64,000 nucleotides of DNA from an uncultured virus (IMG/VR IMGVR_UViG_3300025529_000271) (IMGVR_UViG_3300025529_000271); one strand, 5' to 3'. Counted from the stretch's first letter, positions 9,547 to 18,637 are shown. Translations and numbers: made by a program. Notes: generated from the sequence alone by a model not told the origin.

Positions 9547-10203
9547 TTGTTATTGGTCAATTACGCCTTGATCGGGCAACAAGTCGATTTTTCCCAGCGG
9601 CATAAATTTAAGACTGTAATAGGTTCTCGTCGAGCGTCTGTTGCACTTCGAGATGTTGCGAGTTATTTTTCGTGGAAATTTGTTGAATCTGGTTTTACTG
9701 TCGTCTCAGGCTTGGCGGAAGGAATCGATACAGCGGCACACTTAGGTGCATTAAAATCGGATGCAACTCATCCGAGAACGGTAGCCATTGTTTCAACTGC
9801 ACCTTCCGAGTTGTACTATCCAGCGACTAATCGTCAGTTGGCAGAGCGGATCAAGCAACATGGTGCTATTCTGCATCCGTTTGTTACTAAAGCGAAGTGG
9901 GAGCGGGGTGTGCGGTTTGGGCAACCACAAAAGCGCTTGGTTGAGCGGGATATTCTGCAAGCATCTTTGTCTTCGGAAGTGTACGTCGTGTCAGATGACC
10001 ACGTCATCTCTGGTGGTAGTCGTTGGGCGTTGAATTACGCCAAATATCTGGGGACACCCATTTATCGAATTGATTCTGCAGGTGATATTCACTCTGACCC
10101 AGATTTTGTGGTGGAAAAGAAGCTTATTCCTTGGGAGTTGGAGTTGGCGTGGGAAGATTTGACCCGTCTTCTTCAGCATCCTTGCACTTACATGAGACGG
10201 TAG
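9547..10203 (+). CDS. DprA/Smf family (SLOG) protein, Rossmann core only
   Basis: VIGSRRAS, VVSGLAEGIDTAAHLGAL, YYPATN, ERD..ASLS, SGGS motifs. Confidence 0.85.
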   Translation: MLLVNYALIGQQVDFSQRHKFKTVIGSRRASVALRDVASYFSWKFVESGFTVVSGLAEGIDTAAHLGALKSDATHPRTVAIVSTAPSELYYPATNRQLAERIKQHGAILHPFVTKAKWERGVRFGQPQKRLVERDILQASLSSEVYVVSDDHVISGGSRWALNYAKYLGTPIYRIDSAGDIHSDPDFVVEKKLIPWELELAWEDLTRLLQHPCTYMRR

Positions 10204-10230
10204 TTTCGCTTATGTGAGTCAATCAGGGGT
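10150..10230 (+). repeat. dispersed repeat A, copy 2
   Basis: aligns to 7966-8047; overlaps the 3' end of the DprA-like gene. Confidence 0.9.
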
Positions 10231-10245
10231 TGGGAGGGTATAGAG

Positions 10246-11112
10246 ATGGTAACTTCATATGGGCAGTCTGTTTTTGGAGTAATCGAAGATACTTTCAATG
10301 CTTCCGAGTACACCAGTAATAAAAGTCTGTTTCGTCGGAAGGTGCAGTTTGCGTCTTTCTTACCTGAGTTGTCGTCTATTCTTTCCCCTATGGAGTGGTT
10401 TGATCTCTCGATCACTTTGTTGAATGTTTTGAAGAAGGATGATTTTGTTTTCCGTGAGCAGGAGGACATTCGTGAACGGCTGGGGGTATATATGTCTCCT
10501 GAAAGACATATGATTCTTCGCCGTATGTTTCCAAAGTTTCTCGCTAAACTCGAACGGGAAAAGATGGTTACATCTCGAGTGACATACGATGCGGGTCGAA
10601 TGCATCCTATGTTGCGTGGGATTTCTAAGAGTGTCTCTCGATCCTTTATCACCGAAGAAGGGTTGGACAAAATTGTTTCTTTGATGCAACAGACTTCTTG
10701 GTATCGTCGGGATCTGTCGCAAGCTGAAGTTTTTGAGATAGTTTCCCGTGATACACGTAGCTTTCTTACAGGAGTAGGACTTTTTGGGAGTTTTGCGAGA
10801 AATCAGCAGAATGAACTCAGCGATGTTGATCTTGTGCTGTTCGATACAGTCACGCGGAAGACTCCTGAAGCTATTCCATTGAATACGGCATTTCGGAAGT
10901 ATTTTCAATCTCGCCTTTCTGCAGATCTCGGACGTCCGGTGAATTTTATCGCTTGGTGTACACTTTCTAAAAAGGCGAAGTCTAGGATTACTCCGCATAT
11001 GATTTATTTTCCGCGTTCTGGACTTTGCCCGATCACCCTTTGGGATGACTTGGTATTGGAAAAGGAAGGCGCGGATTTACGAATGAAAGGGGAGGGTGAC
11101 AATGCCTTCTAA
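10246..11112 (+). CDS. minimal nucleotidyltransferase (pol-beta/MNT) with extended N-terminal domain
   Basis: GLFGSFARNQQNELSDVDLV catalytic signature. Confidence 0.8.
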   Translation: MVTSYGQSVFGVIEDTFNASEYTSNKSLFRRKVQFASFLPELSSILSPMEWFDLSITLLNVLKKDDFVFREQEDIRERLGVYMSPERHMILRRMFPKFLAKLEREKMVTSRVTYDAGRMHPMLRGISKSVSRSFITEEGLDKIVSLMQQTSWYRRDLSQAEVFEIVSRDTRSFLTGVGLFGSFARNQQNELSDVDLVLFDTVTRKTPEAIPLNTAFRKYFQSRLSADLGRPVNFIAWCTLSKKAKSRITPHMIYFPRSGLCPITLWDDLVLEKEGADLRMKGEGDNAF

Positions 11113-11434
11113 TGTTATAGCTGGTGGCGTACCTGTTAGTCTGTACACCGTTTTTGAAGCACTTTGTAATCATGTTCTTTCTTTGAAGTACTCTCGCGTG
11201 ACGCTTATTGAAAATGGTCGTGCGGCGATTTTTACCTTGGCTCCTGACTATGTAAGGGTTCGAGGGGGTATTTCAGGCAGACGTAAGGTCAATGCTCGAC
11301 TTATTCTCCGTTTTCCAGTGACGGGTCGGGGTAATGAATTCCGACATAACTTGAAGACTTTGAAGCAAGCGTACATGTCTGATACTTTTCTTCGTTTGTC
11401 TTTTCCTGATCGCGACATTATCTTTAGTGTATAA
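11102..11434 (+). CDS. hypothetical protein overlapping the nucleotidyltransferase stop
   Basis: GGGGAGG RBS before ATG 11102. Confidence 0.65.
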   Translation: MPSNVIAGGVPVSLYTVFEALCNHVLSLKYSRVTLIENGRAAIFTLAPDYVRVRGGISGRRKVNARLILRFPVTGRGNEFRHNLKTLKQAYMSDTFLRLSFPDRDIIFSV

Positions 11435-11450
11435 TTCGACTCGTTTTCGT

Positions 11451-11479
11451 GGACACCAGCCACATGCTGGTGTCTTTTT
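11451..11479 (+). terminator. intrinsic terminator
   Basis: GACACCAGC-cacat-GCTGGTGTC plus TTTTT. Confidence 0.85.
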
Positions 11480-11568
11480 GTTTATTTTTGACTTAATTTG
11501 CATTTTTACAGAAATAAACCAACTGGCTTGATACCACTGTAACTTCTTAAAAATTAGAGGTGGTATCT

Positions 11569-14208
11569 TTGCCGAGTACTAGGTTTATTAACGAGATTCG
11601 TTCGGCGGATTCGGAGAAACGTGTTGAGGCGATTTATCACGAAGCCCTTCGCAAAGGAATCAGCGATCTCGGCGGGCACGTTCAAAGCATCAAAACTCTT
11701 TACAATACGGATGGTATTTTGGATGGCGAGTTTTTGTTCGATGGCGCACCTCGCGTCTTTCGCATTATCATTGAGACCAAAATGGACGAATCGTTTACCA
11801 ATGCAGTCGTTCGTTCGAAAGTGTTGGCGCAGGTTGTCTACTATCTGAAGCGCTTTGAAGATGCCGGGGATGAACTTCCGAACATCATCTTTGTTGGTGA
11901 TCGTAACGAGTGTTTTGTTGTGCATATCAACTATCTGCAAAATTACCTCAATTTCAACTGTGATTGGTCTATCGCTCCGAGTCTTGCGGGTTCTCGAAGT
12001 GTGGAATTGGTCGAAGCACTTACATCGGATGAAGTCCTTCAATCCAACTGTTTCGTTCACATCATTGACGATAATTTTGACTTTGAGGATGTTGTGAAGG
12101 ATATCTGGCGGTTGGTCACGGGTGTAAAGACGAAATCTCGCATCACCGAGCGGAATATCTCTAAGATTTTCGAGCGTTTTTCTATGCACATCTTGAAACG
12201 CAAGTCTTCGGGGGAATCACTTTATACTCCACGTGAGCAAGTTGAGTATTTCATGAAGCTCGTACTTCATCAAGACGACTGTTATTTGCATCCTCGCAAA
12301 AAGGGTCGTGCCGTTATAGATGGGGTAGAGGTGCAAGTCAACTCGGATGCTTTTTCGTCCTTTACCAATTACTATGAGTTTAACTATAACGCCCTTGAGA
12401 AGAAAGAGTTCACGGCTATCGCTGACCGACTGATCGAGGATTCTGATCGTCGGCGTAAAGGCGATTTCTACACACCTACGGTTTGGGTAGATGAAGCGAA
12501 CAAGATCCTTTCTCAACATCTTGGGGCGAATTGGAAGGATGAGTACGTGGTTTGGGACTGCGCGTGGGGTACGGGAAACCTCACTCGCGATTATAATTTT
12601 TCGGATCTGTATTGTTCGACTTTGCATGACCATGATCTTGAGATCGGTAAAAAGTATAATCTTAACGCCCAAGCCAAGTTTCAATACGATTTTCTCAATG
12701 ACGATGTTGAGTTGTTTGAGGAGCTTCGGCAAAAAGTTGCTAAAGGGTATAATCTTACCGAGAGGGACTTTTATGGTTCCAAGCTGTGGCAGAAAGCTCC
12801 TAGCTTGATCAGGGGTATGCTTGAGGGTAAGAAGTTGTTGTTCTTCATTAATCCACCGTATGGGACAAGCGGGGAAATGTCTTCCGCGATTACGGGCAAA
12901 GAGAAGAAAGTGGGTATCGCCGCAACCAAACTTGCTGAGTTCATGCGTCGAGACAACATGGGTGCGGCGACGCAACAGCTTTATGCACAGTTCATTTACC
13001 GTATTTACACCCTTAAACTCTTGTTTGGGGTATCGGTGACGCTTGGACTTTTTAGTCCACCTCTTTTTATGACGGGCAACTCGTTCCGGCTTTTCCGGGA
13101 TAATTTGATTTCTAAGTTGACTTTGATCGACGGTATGGTTTTTCAGGCTTCTGAGTTCGCGGACGTTTCTTCCAACTGGGGTATTTCGTTTACTTTATGG
13201 ACGGATGAGGAACCTACCAGTAGCACTGGGGTTTATGTGCTTCCAGTGAAAGAGGGTCGTGTAGGACAGCCCGTAACTGTAGGCACTAAGCGATTTTATA
13301 GCGTGGATAATGAGACGTCCGCTACTCTTTGGTGTAAGGAGCTTTTGGTTGGGCTTCGGACGTTCGATGCTCCGCAGTTGAAAAATGCCATCAATGTGAA
13401 GGAAAAGGGTGTCGGACGTCTGTGTGAAGGTGCTATGGGGTATATCTTTACTGCCGCTTCGAATAAGGTTGAGCATAACAACTCTTATGTCTGCATTGTC
13501 AGCAGTGCTTTTGCAAATGCACATGGCTGGCAAATCGTCGAAGGGAATTTCATGCGGAACATGGCGTATTTTACCGCTCGAAGACTGATAACGGGGAATT
13601 ATGCGGCTTGGGTTAATTCTAAGGATGAGTACCTCAAGCCGAATACTTCGCATCCACTGTATTCTCAGTGGGTAGCGGACGCCATTGTGTATGCATTGTT
13701 CAATTCTGCGTCTAATCAATCTTCGTTGCGCGGTATTGAATATAAGGATGCTTCTCATGACATTTATAACCATTTCTTCTTCATGTCTCGGGATGACCTG
13801 CGTCAGCTTGCTCTTGGGGGTAACCCGAATGATGAGGTCTATCATGATCTTGAAGTACATGGTCAAACTGAGCGTTTTGTCTATGAGAAGCTCCAGCAGG
13901 TCAACCTCTCGCCCGACGCCCATGCGGTTTTGAATATGGCGCGTCAACTTGTTTGTGACTCCTTTAAGTACCGCAAGTTGTTCCATCAGGAACACCCCGA
14001 GTATCATATCACTGCGTGGGACGCGGGTTGGTATCAAATTAAGGGGATGTTGCGGAAGTATATGCCGGAGCAGTTGAGGGAGTTCAACGCGCTCTATAAA
14101 ACCTTTGAAGACCGTATGCGTCCGTTTGTTGTTGAACTTGGTTTTCTGTACGACTATCCGGGTTATGAGGAAGACCTTCAAAAGCATCCCATTCCTAGCG
14201 TTAATTAA
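11569..14208 (+). CDS. type IIG-like restriction-modification enzyme (nuclease + N6-adenine methyltransferase + TRD)
   Basis: N-terminal DG...IIIETK nuclease-like motif; GDFYTP, motif I VWDCAWGTGNL, motif IV FINPPY. Confidence 0.85.
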   Translation: MPSTRFINEIRSADSEKRVEAIYHEALRKGISDLGGHVQSIKTLYNTDGILDGEFLFDGAPRVFRIIIETKMDESFTNAVVRSKVLAQVVYYLKRFEDAGDELPNIIFVGDRNECFVVHINYLQNYLNFNCDWSIAPSLAGSRSVELVEALTSDEVLQSNCFVHIIDDNFDFEDVVKDIWRLVTGVKTKSRITERNISKIFERFSMHILKRKSSGESLYTPREQVEYFMKLVLHQDDCYLHPRKKGRAVIDGVEVQVNSDAFSSFTNYYEFNYNALEKKEFTAIADRLIEDSDRRRKGDFYTPTVWVDEANKILSQHLGANWKDEYVVWDCAWGTGNLTRDYNFSDLYCSTLHDHDLEIGKKYNLNAQAKFQYDFLNDDVELFEELRQKVAKGYNLTERDFYGSKLWQKAPSLIRGMLEGKKLLFFINPPYGTSGEMSSAITGKEKKVGIAATKLAEFMRRDNMGAATQQLYAQFIYRIYTLKLLFGVSVTLGLFSPPLFMTGNSFRLFRDNLISKLTLIDGMVFQASEFADVSSNWGISFTLWTDEEPTSSTGVYVLPVKEGRVGQPVTVGTKRFYSVDNETSATLWCKELLVGLRTFDAPQLKNAINVKEKGVGRLCEGAMGYIFTAASNKVEHNNSYVCIVSSAFANAHGWQIVEGNFMRNMAYFTARRLITGNYAAWVNSKDEYLKPNTSHPLYSQWVADAIVYALFNSASNQSSLRGIEYKDASHDIYNHFFFMSRDDLRQLALGGNPNDEVYHDLEVHGQTERFVYEKLQQVNLSPDAHAVLNMARQLVCDSFKYRKLFHQEHPEYHITAWDAGWYQIKGMLRKYMPEQLREFNALYKTFEDRMRPFVVELGFLYDYPGYEEDLQKHPIPSVN

Positions 14209-14338
14209 GGAATCTTCTTTTATAGTGCAGTAGGGTTATTTCCTATGGACATCGCCATCGTTAGGTTGGCGATGTTTCTTTTTAGCACTTTTGCTTCAAC
14301 CTGTGGTATAACAGGTACTTAAAATTTGGGGGTGTTTT

Positions 14339-15481
14339 ATGAGTATGCCTATTCATACTGCGACTGCTCACGATTCCTCGTCGAATATGGAGGAGCATCT
14401 TATGAGGCAACACGTATATCAGGCACAAGAGGTGTACAATCGTCTGATTCGTGTTCGTGAGCGTGTCAGGGGTATTGGGGGTAAGATGGCGAAAAGCTAC
14501 AAGCATATGTTCACTTCTCTCGAAAATGATGTTGGCGAGGTTATTAATCTCATTTTCTCGCAACGGCATCTTCCGGTTATTGATTCAGATAATCCGGTCG
14601 ATATCGCCAATTATATCTTTTTCGAGCATGCTTTTCGCCCGTTGGAATCGTTCCAACGGTATATGACGCAGTTTGGTTTGCTTGCGAAGCATGATCCTAC
14701 GGCACATTCGATGCTTGAATCTTTCTGGAACGAGTGGAGTGCTAGTTTCCAAGCGGCTACTCAAGAAGATTCCGAATCGGAAGCAACGACATCGGAAGTA
14801 TCTTCTTTCTCAGAAGACGTCGTAAACAAACTCCAGCATGGGGTAGGTGATACTACTGTTGCTGATCTTATCGCTACCATGCCTATGGAGGAGCTGGTTG
14901 CCCGGTTGACAGCTAGTCCGGTTGGTTCTTCTGAGGAGACTGCGGAAGCTGTTGTTGAGGTAAAGCCGGAGTCGGAAGTCGATCCGGATGCAGATTTCAC
15001 TTTTGAGGGATATTATCCGGTTGTGGAGTTGGAGAAAGTTATCGCTTCACTCAATCAGGTCACTCCTTTGTTGGATGAAGCGAATAAAGCCTTGTCACTC
15101 TATGATAGGGAAACGCAGGACTATCTTCATGCGTTGGAGCTTCTGGATTTGGATCAATATACGCTTGAAGATGTGGTTTTCCGTCTGTCGGAAGCGCGTA
15201 AAAAGCGCAGAAATGTGCAAAACTTCATTCGTCTTTGTGAACCATTAAACGATTTGGTAACTCGACATTCAACCTTCTTGCAAAGCGCTATCAAGACGAA
15301 GGCGACGCTGGTTAAAATGCGTCGGGGTATGAGTTCTCGGCGGTATTCGGTTCGAGAAGCCAGCGATTTGCAACCCTTGTTTGATGCTTTGTTCGATTCG
15401 CTGATTTCTGTTGGGGATGGGGAGGTTGTGTCTTTTACGGATGAGGACTCGATTTCGCCGGAGGCGTTGAGTTCGCAGTAA
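14339..15481 (+). CDS. hypothetical protein, C-terminal helical domain (DxETQDYLHALE...RKKRR)
   Basis: 380 aa ORF. Confidence 0.75.
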   Translation: MSMPIHTATAHDSSSNMEEHLMRQHVYQAQEVYNRLIRVRERVRGIGGKMAKSYKHMFTSLENDVGEVINLIFSQRHLPVIDSDNPVDIANYIFFEHAFRPLESFQRYMTQFGLLAKHDPTAHSMLESFWNEWSASFQAATQEDSESEATTSEVSSFSEDVVNKLQHGVGDTTVADLIATMPMEELVARLTASPVGSSEETAEAVVEVKPESEVDPDADFTFEGYYPVVELEKVIASLNQVTPLLDEANKALSLYDRETQDYLHALELLDLDQYTLEDVVFRLSEARKKRRNVQNFIRLCEPLNDLVTRHSTFLQSAIKTKATLVKMRRGMSSRRYSVREASDLQPLFDALFDSLISVGDGEVVSFTDEDSISPEALSSQ

Positions 15482-15518
15482 TTCAGGAGATTCTGGTAAA
15501 TTTCTTTTGACTTCTTTG

Positions 15519-15547
15519 TTGACGCTTTTTGACTAGAGGTGTAAGAT
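15519..15547 (+). promoter_or_regulatory. sigmaA-type promoter for the structured RNA
   Basis: TTGACG-17 bp-TAAGAT. Confidence 0.7.
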
Positions 15548-15552
15548 AGATA

Positions 15553-15865
15553 GCGAAAGGTGGTTGTGGTAGTCCTTTCAAAACCTCATCCGACTTGGCT
15601 GAACGCTTGGGAGGGCAAGTAAGTGTGTAACGCAGTGGCGTTGAAAAATGGGGAGACTCTGGGATTGTACTCGTGAGGTGATCCCGATAAGCCCTGTTCC
15701 TCTCGCGGAAGAGGGGTACGCCATCCTCCTTCGGTTACACTCGGGTGGGGTTTTGAAAGGACTACTCGCCCCTTTCGGATCTCTCCTTCGCTTGTCTCGT
15801 TTAGTCCAATCTCCTTTTCTCTGTTTGACCGGGTACTCGTATCGCCCGGCGTTTTTTTTTTTTTT
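15553..15865 (+). ncRNA. putative ~310-nt structured non-coding RNA of unknown family
   Basis: promoter upstream; 25-bp stem 15569-15593/15741-15765 with two G-U pairs, nested helices; CCGGG/CCCGG terminator with T14. Confidence 0.7.
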
Positions 15866-15901
15866 GACTTTTGACTTTTGGATAAGTATACGGATATATT
15901 A

Positions 15902-15930
15902 TTGACGTTATTGAACTAGTTTTGTAGTAT
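15902..15930 (+). promoter_or_regulatory. sigmaA-type promoter for small RNA
   Basis: TTGACG-17 bp-TAGTAT. Confidence 0.7.
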
Positions 15931-15935
15931 AAAAA

Positions 15936-15997
15936 CTGGTATTCCTCCTTTACTTGACCGGGTAGATCGGTAGTCAGTCTACCCGGTACTTTTTTTT
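15936..15997 (+). ncRNA. putative ~60-nt small RNA with anti-SD seed
   Basis: promoter, single-stranded TTCCTCCTTT, 10-bp terminator stem ACCGGGTAGA/TCTACCCGGT plus T8. Confidence 0.6.
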
Positions 15998-16101
15998 ATA
16001 CTTCAAACCTTCATTTCTTTTAGGATACTTGCTTGTTTTCTTGGGACTGATTTTTTATACTAAGTACCAGCTTGGAAGATCTCTCAAGGAGGACTAGGAT
16101 C

Positions 16102-16743
16102 ATGAGATACCGCATGTGGAATACGTTGAAGAACACGGTCACTGTCTTCCACTCCTTCGAGGAGGTCATCGAGTACTGCGCTCGTTATAATCGTTGGTAC
16201 TCGTGGTGGGGTAGCGACATTAATATCCCCTCGAATCCGCATTTGCTGTCGTATGAGGAAGCGAATCGCTTGTTGAGGGAATTCTTGGCTTTCTCACCTC
16301 GCGAGGCGTACTATACCGTACCGGGTCTGGAGTCGTCCGGGGTGCGTAATTTGATTTTCTTCGATCCGCTTGGACGGGTCATGGACATGCGTGACTTTTG
16401 GTATGAAATCGCAAATTTTTCCTATCCGTCATTGAAGTCGCAACCTGATTGGGCGCTTCGGCGGAAGGGGAAGCATCCGAGGATCACGATGATTTTCCGG
16501 CAAACTCCGGTACCTCATACGGGTCGTTGGAAGAAGGGAGCGGTTTGTAAGAATCCGCAAACTTTTCAGGAGCGGAAACTGTCTTTGGATGAGGAACATG
16601 CGCCGTATATTCGCCCTTCGAGAAAGGCGCGGGCGCTTCCTTCGTATCGTCCGGCAGGGGGACGTAATTATTACCGCTCTTGGAAGCATCAGTCCAAGCG
16701 GAAACATCAATGGGATCGCCCCAGAAGGAGGGAGACCTCATAG
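16102..16743 (+). CDS. basic hypothetical protein (PVPHTG...PQTFQE...RSWKHQSKRKHQW)
   Basis: AAGGAGG RBS before ATG 16102; Arg/Lys/Trp-rich C-terminus. Confidence 0.75.
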   Translation: MRYRMWNTLKNTVTVFHSFEEVIEYCARYNRWYSWWGSDINIPSNPHLLSYEEANRLLREFLAFSPREAYYTVPGLESSGVRNLIFFDPLGRVMDMRDFWYEIANFSYPSLKSQPDWALRRKGKHPRITMIFRQTPVPHTGRWKKGAVCKNPQTFQERKLSLDEEHAPYIRPSRKARALPSYRPAGGRNYYRSWKHQSKRKHQWDRPRRRETS

Positions 16744-17273
16744 AGGATTTTGTTATCCGTCGAGCGCGGGTTTCGGACACCCCTGAGATCTTTCGCATTG
16801 TGCAGGACTTGCAAGCGAGGGGTATCATTTCTACGACGGATACTTTTAAGATGTACCGCCAATCTATTAAGCGCTCGAAGCTGTTTCTGGTTTTAGAGTC
16901 GCAAGGGAAGGTTGTAGCATTCTTGAAGGGGTCTTTCAAACGAGAGATTCCCTTCCTTCATGATCTGCGACTTTTGATTTCTCGTCACCATCGGGGTAAC
17001 TTCTACTATCTTTTTCAGATTTGTGTTGACCCGATTGAAAGACGTAAGGGGTATGGTCGGGCGCTGAATGAATATTTGTTCCAACACTTACCGCCGGACT
17101 GTCCGGTTTTCCTTTCGATAGATAATAAGAATTATCCTTCAATCACGTTTCATCAGTCTATCGGTTATCGATTTGTGGAGTTGTTTCAGCCACCCACTCG
17201 AAAGGAACCCGCGCTCAAGATACTCTATGTAAATGATGCATCTAGGTTTCGCGCTTTTGTTCAGAGTAAGTGA
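16680..17273 (+). CDS. GNAT family acetyltransferase (true start probably near 16740)
   Basis: IRRARVSD..EI, ICVDPIERRKGYGRAL acetyl-CoA motif A, N..SITFHQSIGY. Confidence 0.8.
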   Translation: MEASVQAETSMGSPQKEGDLIEDFVIRRARVSDTPEIFRIVQDLQARGIISTTDTFKMYRQSIKRSKLFLVLESQGKVVAFLKGSFKREIPFLHDLRLLISRHHRGNFYYLFQICVDPIERRKGYGRALNEYLFQHLPPDCPVFLSIDNKNYPSITFHQSIGYRFVELFQPPTRKEPALKILYVNDASRFRAFVQSK

Positions 17274-17337
17274 TATGTTTTGTCACAAGCACTCTGCATT
17301 CGCGGAGTGCTAATTTCACGCCATTTGGGGTGGTTTT

Positions 17338-17874
17338 ATGTCTACGAAAGCGCAGAATAGGAAGTTATATGCACCCAATCTTCCTCCGTTTTTTAAGCTC
17401 GAATGCGGAGAGGAAGTTTGCGTATATAACGTACCTTTTCGAGTGCAAGGTGTTTTACATCTCTTTCAACGTAAGCCTGTTTCTCGGGAGATTGATGAGT
17501 ATCGAAGCTTACTTCTTTACCGTTTGAAAGCGAAAGGGATGACAGCTTATTTATTTTGTGAAGCCGAGCGCACTCCAGTTTTCACCTTGATGAGCGGGTA
17601 TAAAGGTAGGTTTACTCCCTCTGAAAGTCACACTCAACCCTCTACAATAAAGGGGTGTGAGTTTTGGTTATACAATCATGGTCGGTATGAAGTAGCACTC
17701 AGGGGTAGTTTACCTTTCACCCCTCATTACTACGCCTTTGTTTGGTTGTATAAGGCGGAAGGTCGTCTGTTTGCGCATATTTGGCAGAATGGAAAAGCTC
17801 ATTCGTTTGTTGGTACTGGTGTTCCAGTAAGTTCGATTTCTTTTAAGTTGCATCATTCGAGACTTTTATCATAA
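17338..17874 (+). CDS. hypothetical protein
   Basis: 178 aa ORF with GGGGTGG RBS. Confidence 0.6.
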   Translation: MSTKAQNRKLYAPNLPPFFKLECGEEVCVYNVPFRVQGVLHLFQRKPVSREIDEYRSLLLYRLKAKGMTAYLFCEAERTPVFTLMSGYKGRFTPSESHTQPSTIKGCEFWLYNHGRYEVALRGSLPFTPHYYAFVWLYKAEGRLFAHIWQNGKAHSFVGTGVPVSSISFKLHHSRLLS

Positions 17875-17888
17875 GGAGTGTAGTTCTG

Positions 17889-18569
17889 TTGTCGCGTTTT
17901 CTTCTTGCTCATGACTTGCATCGTTTGACGACTCTTGTAAATAAGTATGACTATGATCTTATTCGCTCCTTTTCCTCTTGTGGTCTTAAACTTTCACCGC
18001 AAGATTTTGTGAATTTGGTAGTGACTGAAGGAAAGGTACAAATTGATAGTGTGGCTTATACGGTCTGGACTTGGGGTACTGTGGGTCAGCGTTTTCTCCT
18101 GCGGGTTTTCTTGCAGTCTGTCTACAGGACGTCTTTGGAGACGCATCGTCGGTTTTCGCAACAGCCCTTCAGCTTCTCCCCACTTCTGTTCAAGGAGGGG
18201 GTATTCGAGTTGTTTGTTTCTAGTGGGGTTTCTCTTTCCGAAGTGGATCTGCTGTGTCTTGACTTTCAGCACCTTTTGCGTCAGCTTGAGTCTATAAGAG
18301 ACACTCTTTCTGCTGAAGGTTTGTTCTGTATGAATCTGAGTCTTGACTGTTTTGTTTGGGACGATGCTACTCAGCGAGTTTACTTGCAACCGTTTACGGG
18401 GGTACTTTCTTTGCAAGATCTTAAGTGTAATGGGGCTTCTGATCTTGATTTGGACTCTCGTTTTGGTTTGATGGAGCATGCTTTCAATACGGTAATTTCG
18501 CTTTTGAAGGACAAGTATGACTCGCTCCTGCAAGAGCAGGAAACGGAAAAGGCTTTGGTTTTCTGTTGA
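17889..18569 (+). CDS. hypothetical protein
   Basis: AAGGAG RBS, 226 aa ORF. Confidence 0.6.
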   Translation: MSRFLLAHDLHRLTTLVNKYDYDLIRSFSSCGLKLSPQDFVNLVVTEGKVQIDSVAYTVWTWGTVGQRFLLRVFLQSVYRTSLETHRRFSQQPFSFSPLLFKEGVFELFVSSGVSLSEVDLLCLDFQHLLRQLESIRDTLSAEGLFCMNLSLDCFVWDDATQRVYLQPFTGVLSLQDLKCNGASDLDLDSRFGLMEHAFNTVISLLKDKYDSLLQEQETEKALVFC

Positions 18570-18637
18570 TCTTTTCCGTTACAGTCATTGAACATAGGGT
18601 ATACTAGGTATGTTCTTGATTGGAGGTGGTTATTGTT

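Noticed and set aside
11102..11434. HEPN toxin partner for the nucleotidyltransferase
   Set aside because: The sequence looks mixed alpha/beta and has no convincing Rx4-6H in HEPN context.
15553..15777. Retron msr-msd, tRNA, 5S, SRP or 6S identity for the structured RNA
   Set aside because: No reverse transcriptase in the window; no TTCG T-arm with CCA end, SRP helix 8 motif or clear 6S central bubble visible.
15648..15905. 85-aa ORF over the structured RNA
   Set aside because: No RBS, and it runs through a T14 terminator; the base-pairing pattern explains the region better.
17889..18569. Degenerate protein kinase fold
   Set aside because: Only a vague resemblance around EGLFCMNLSLDCF; catalytic HxD, N and DFG residues are absent.
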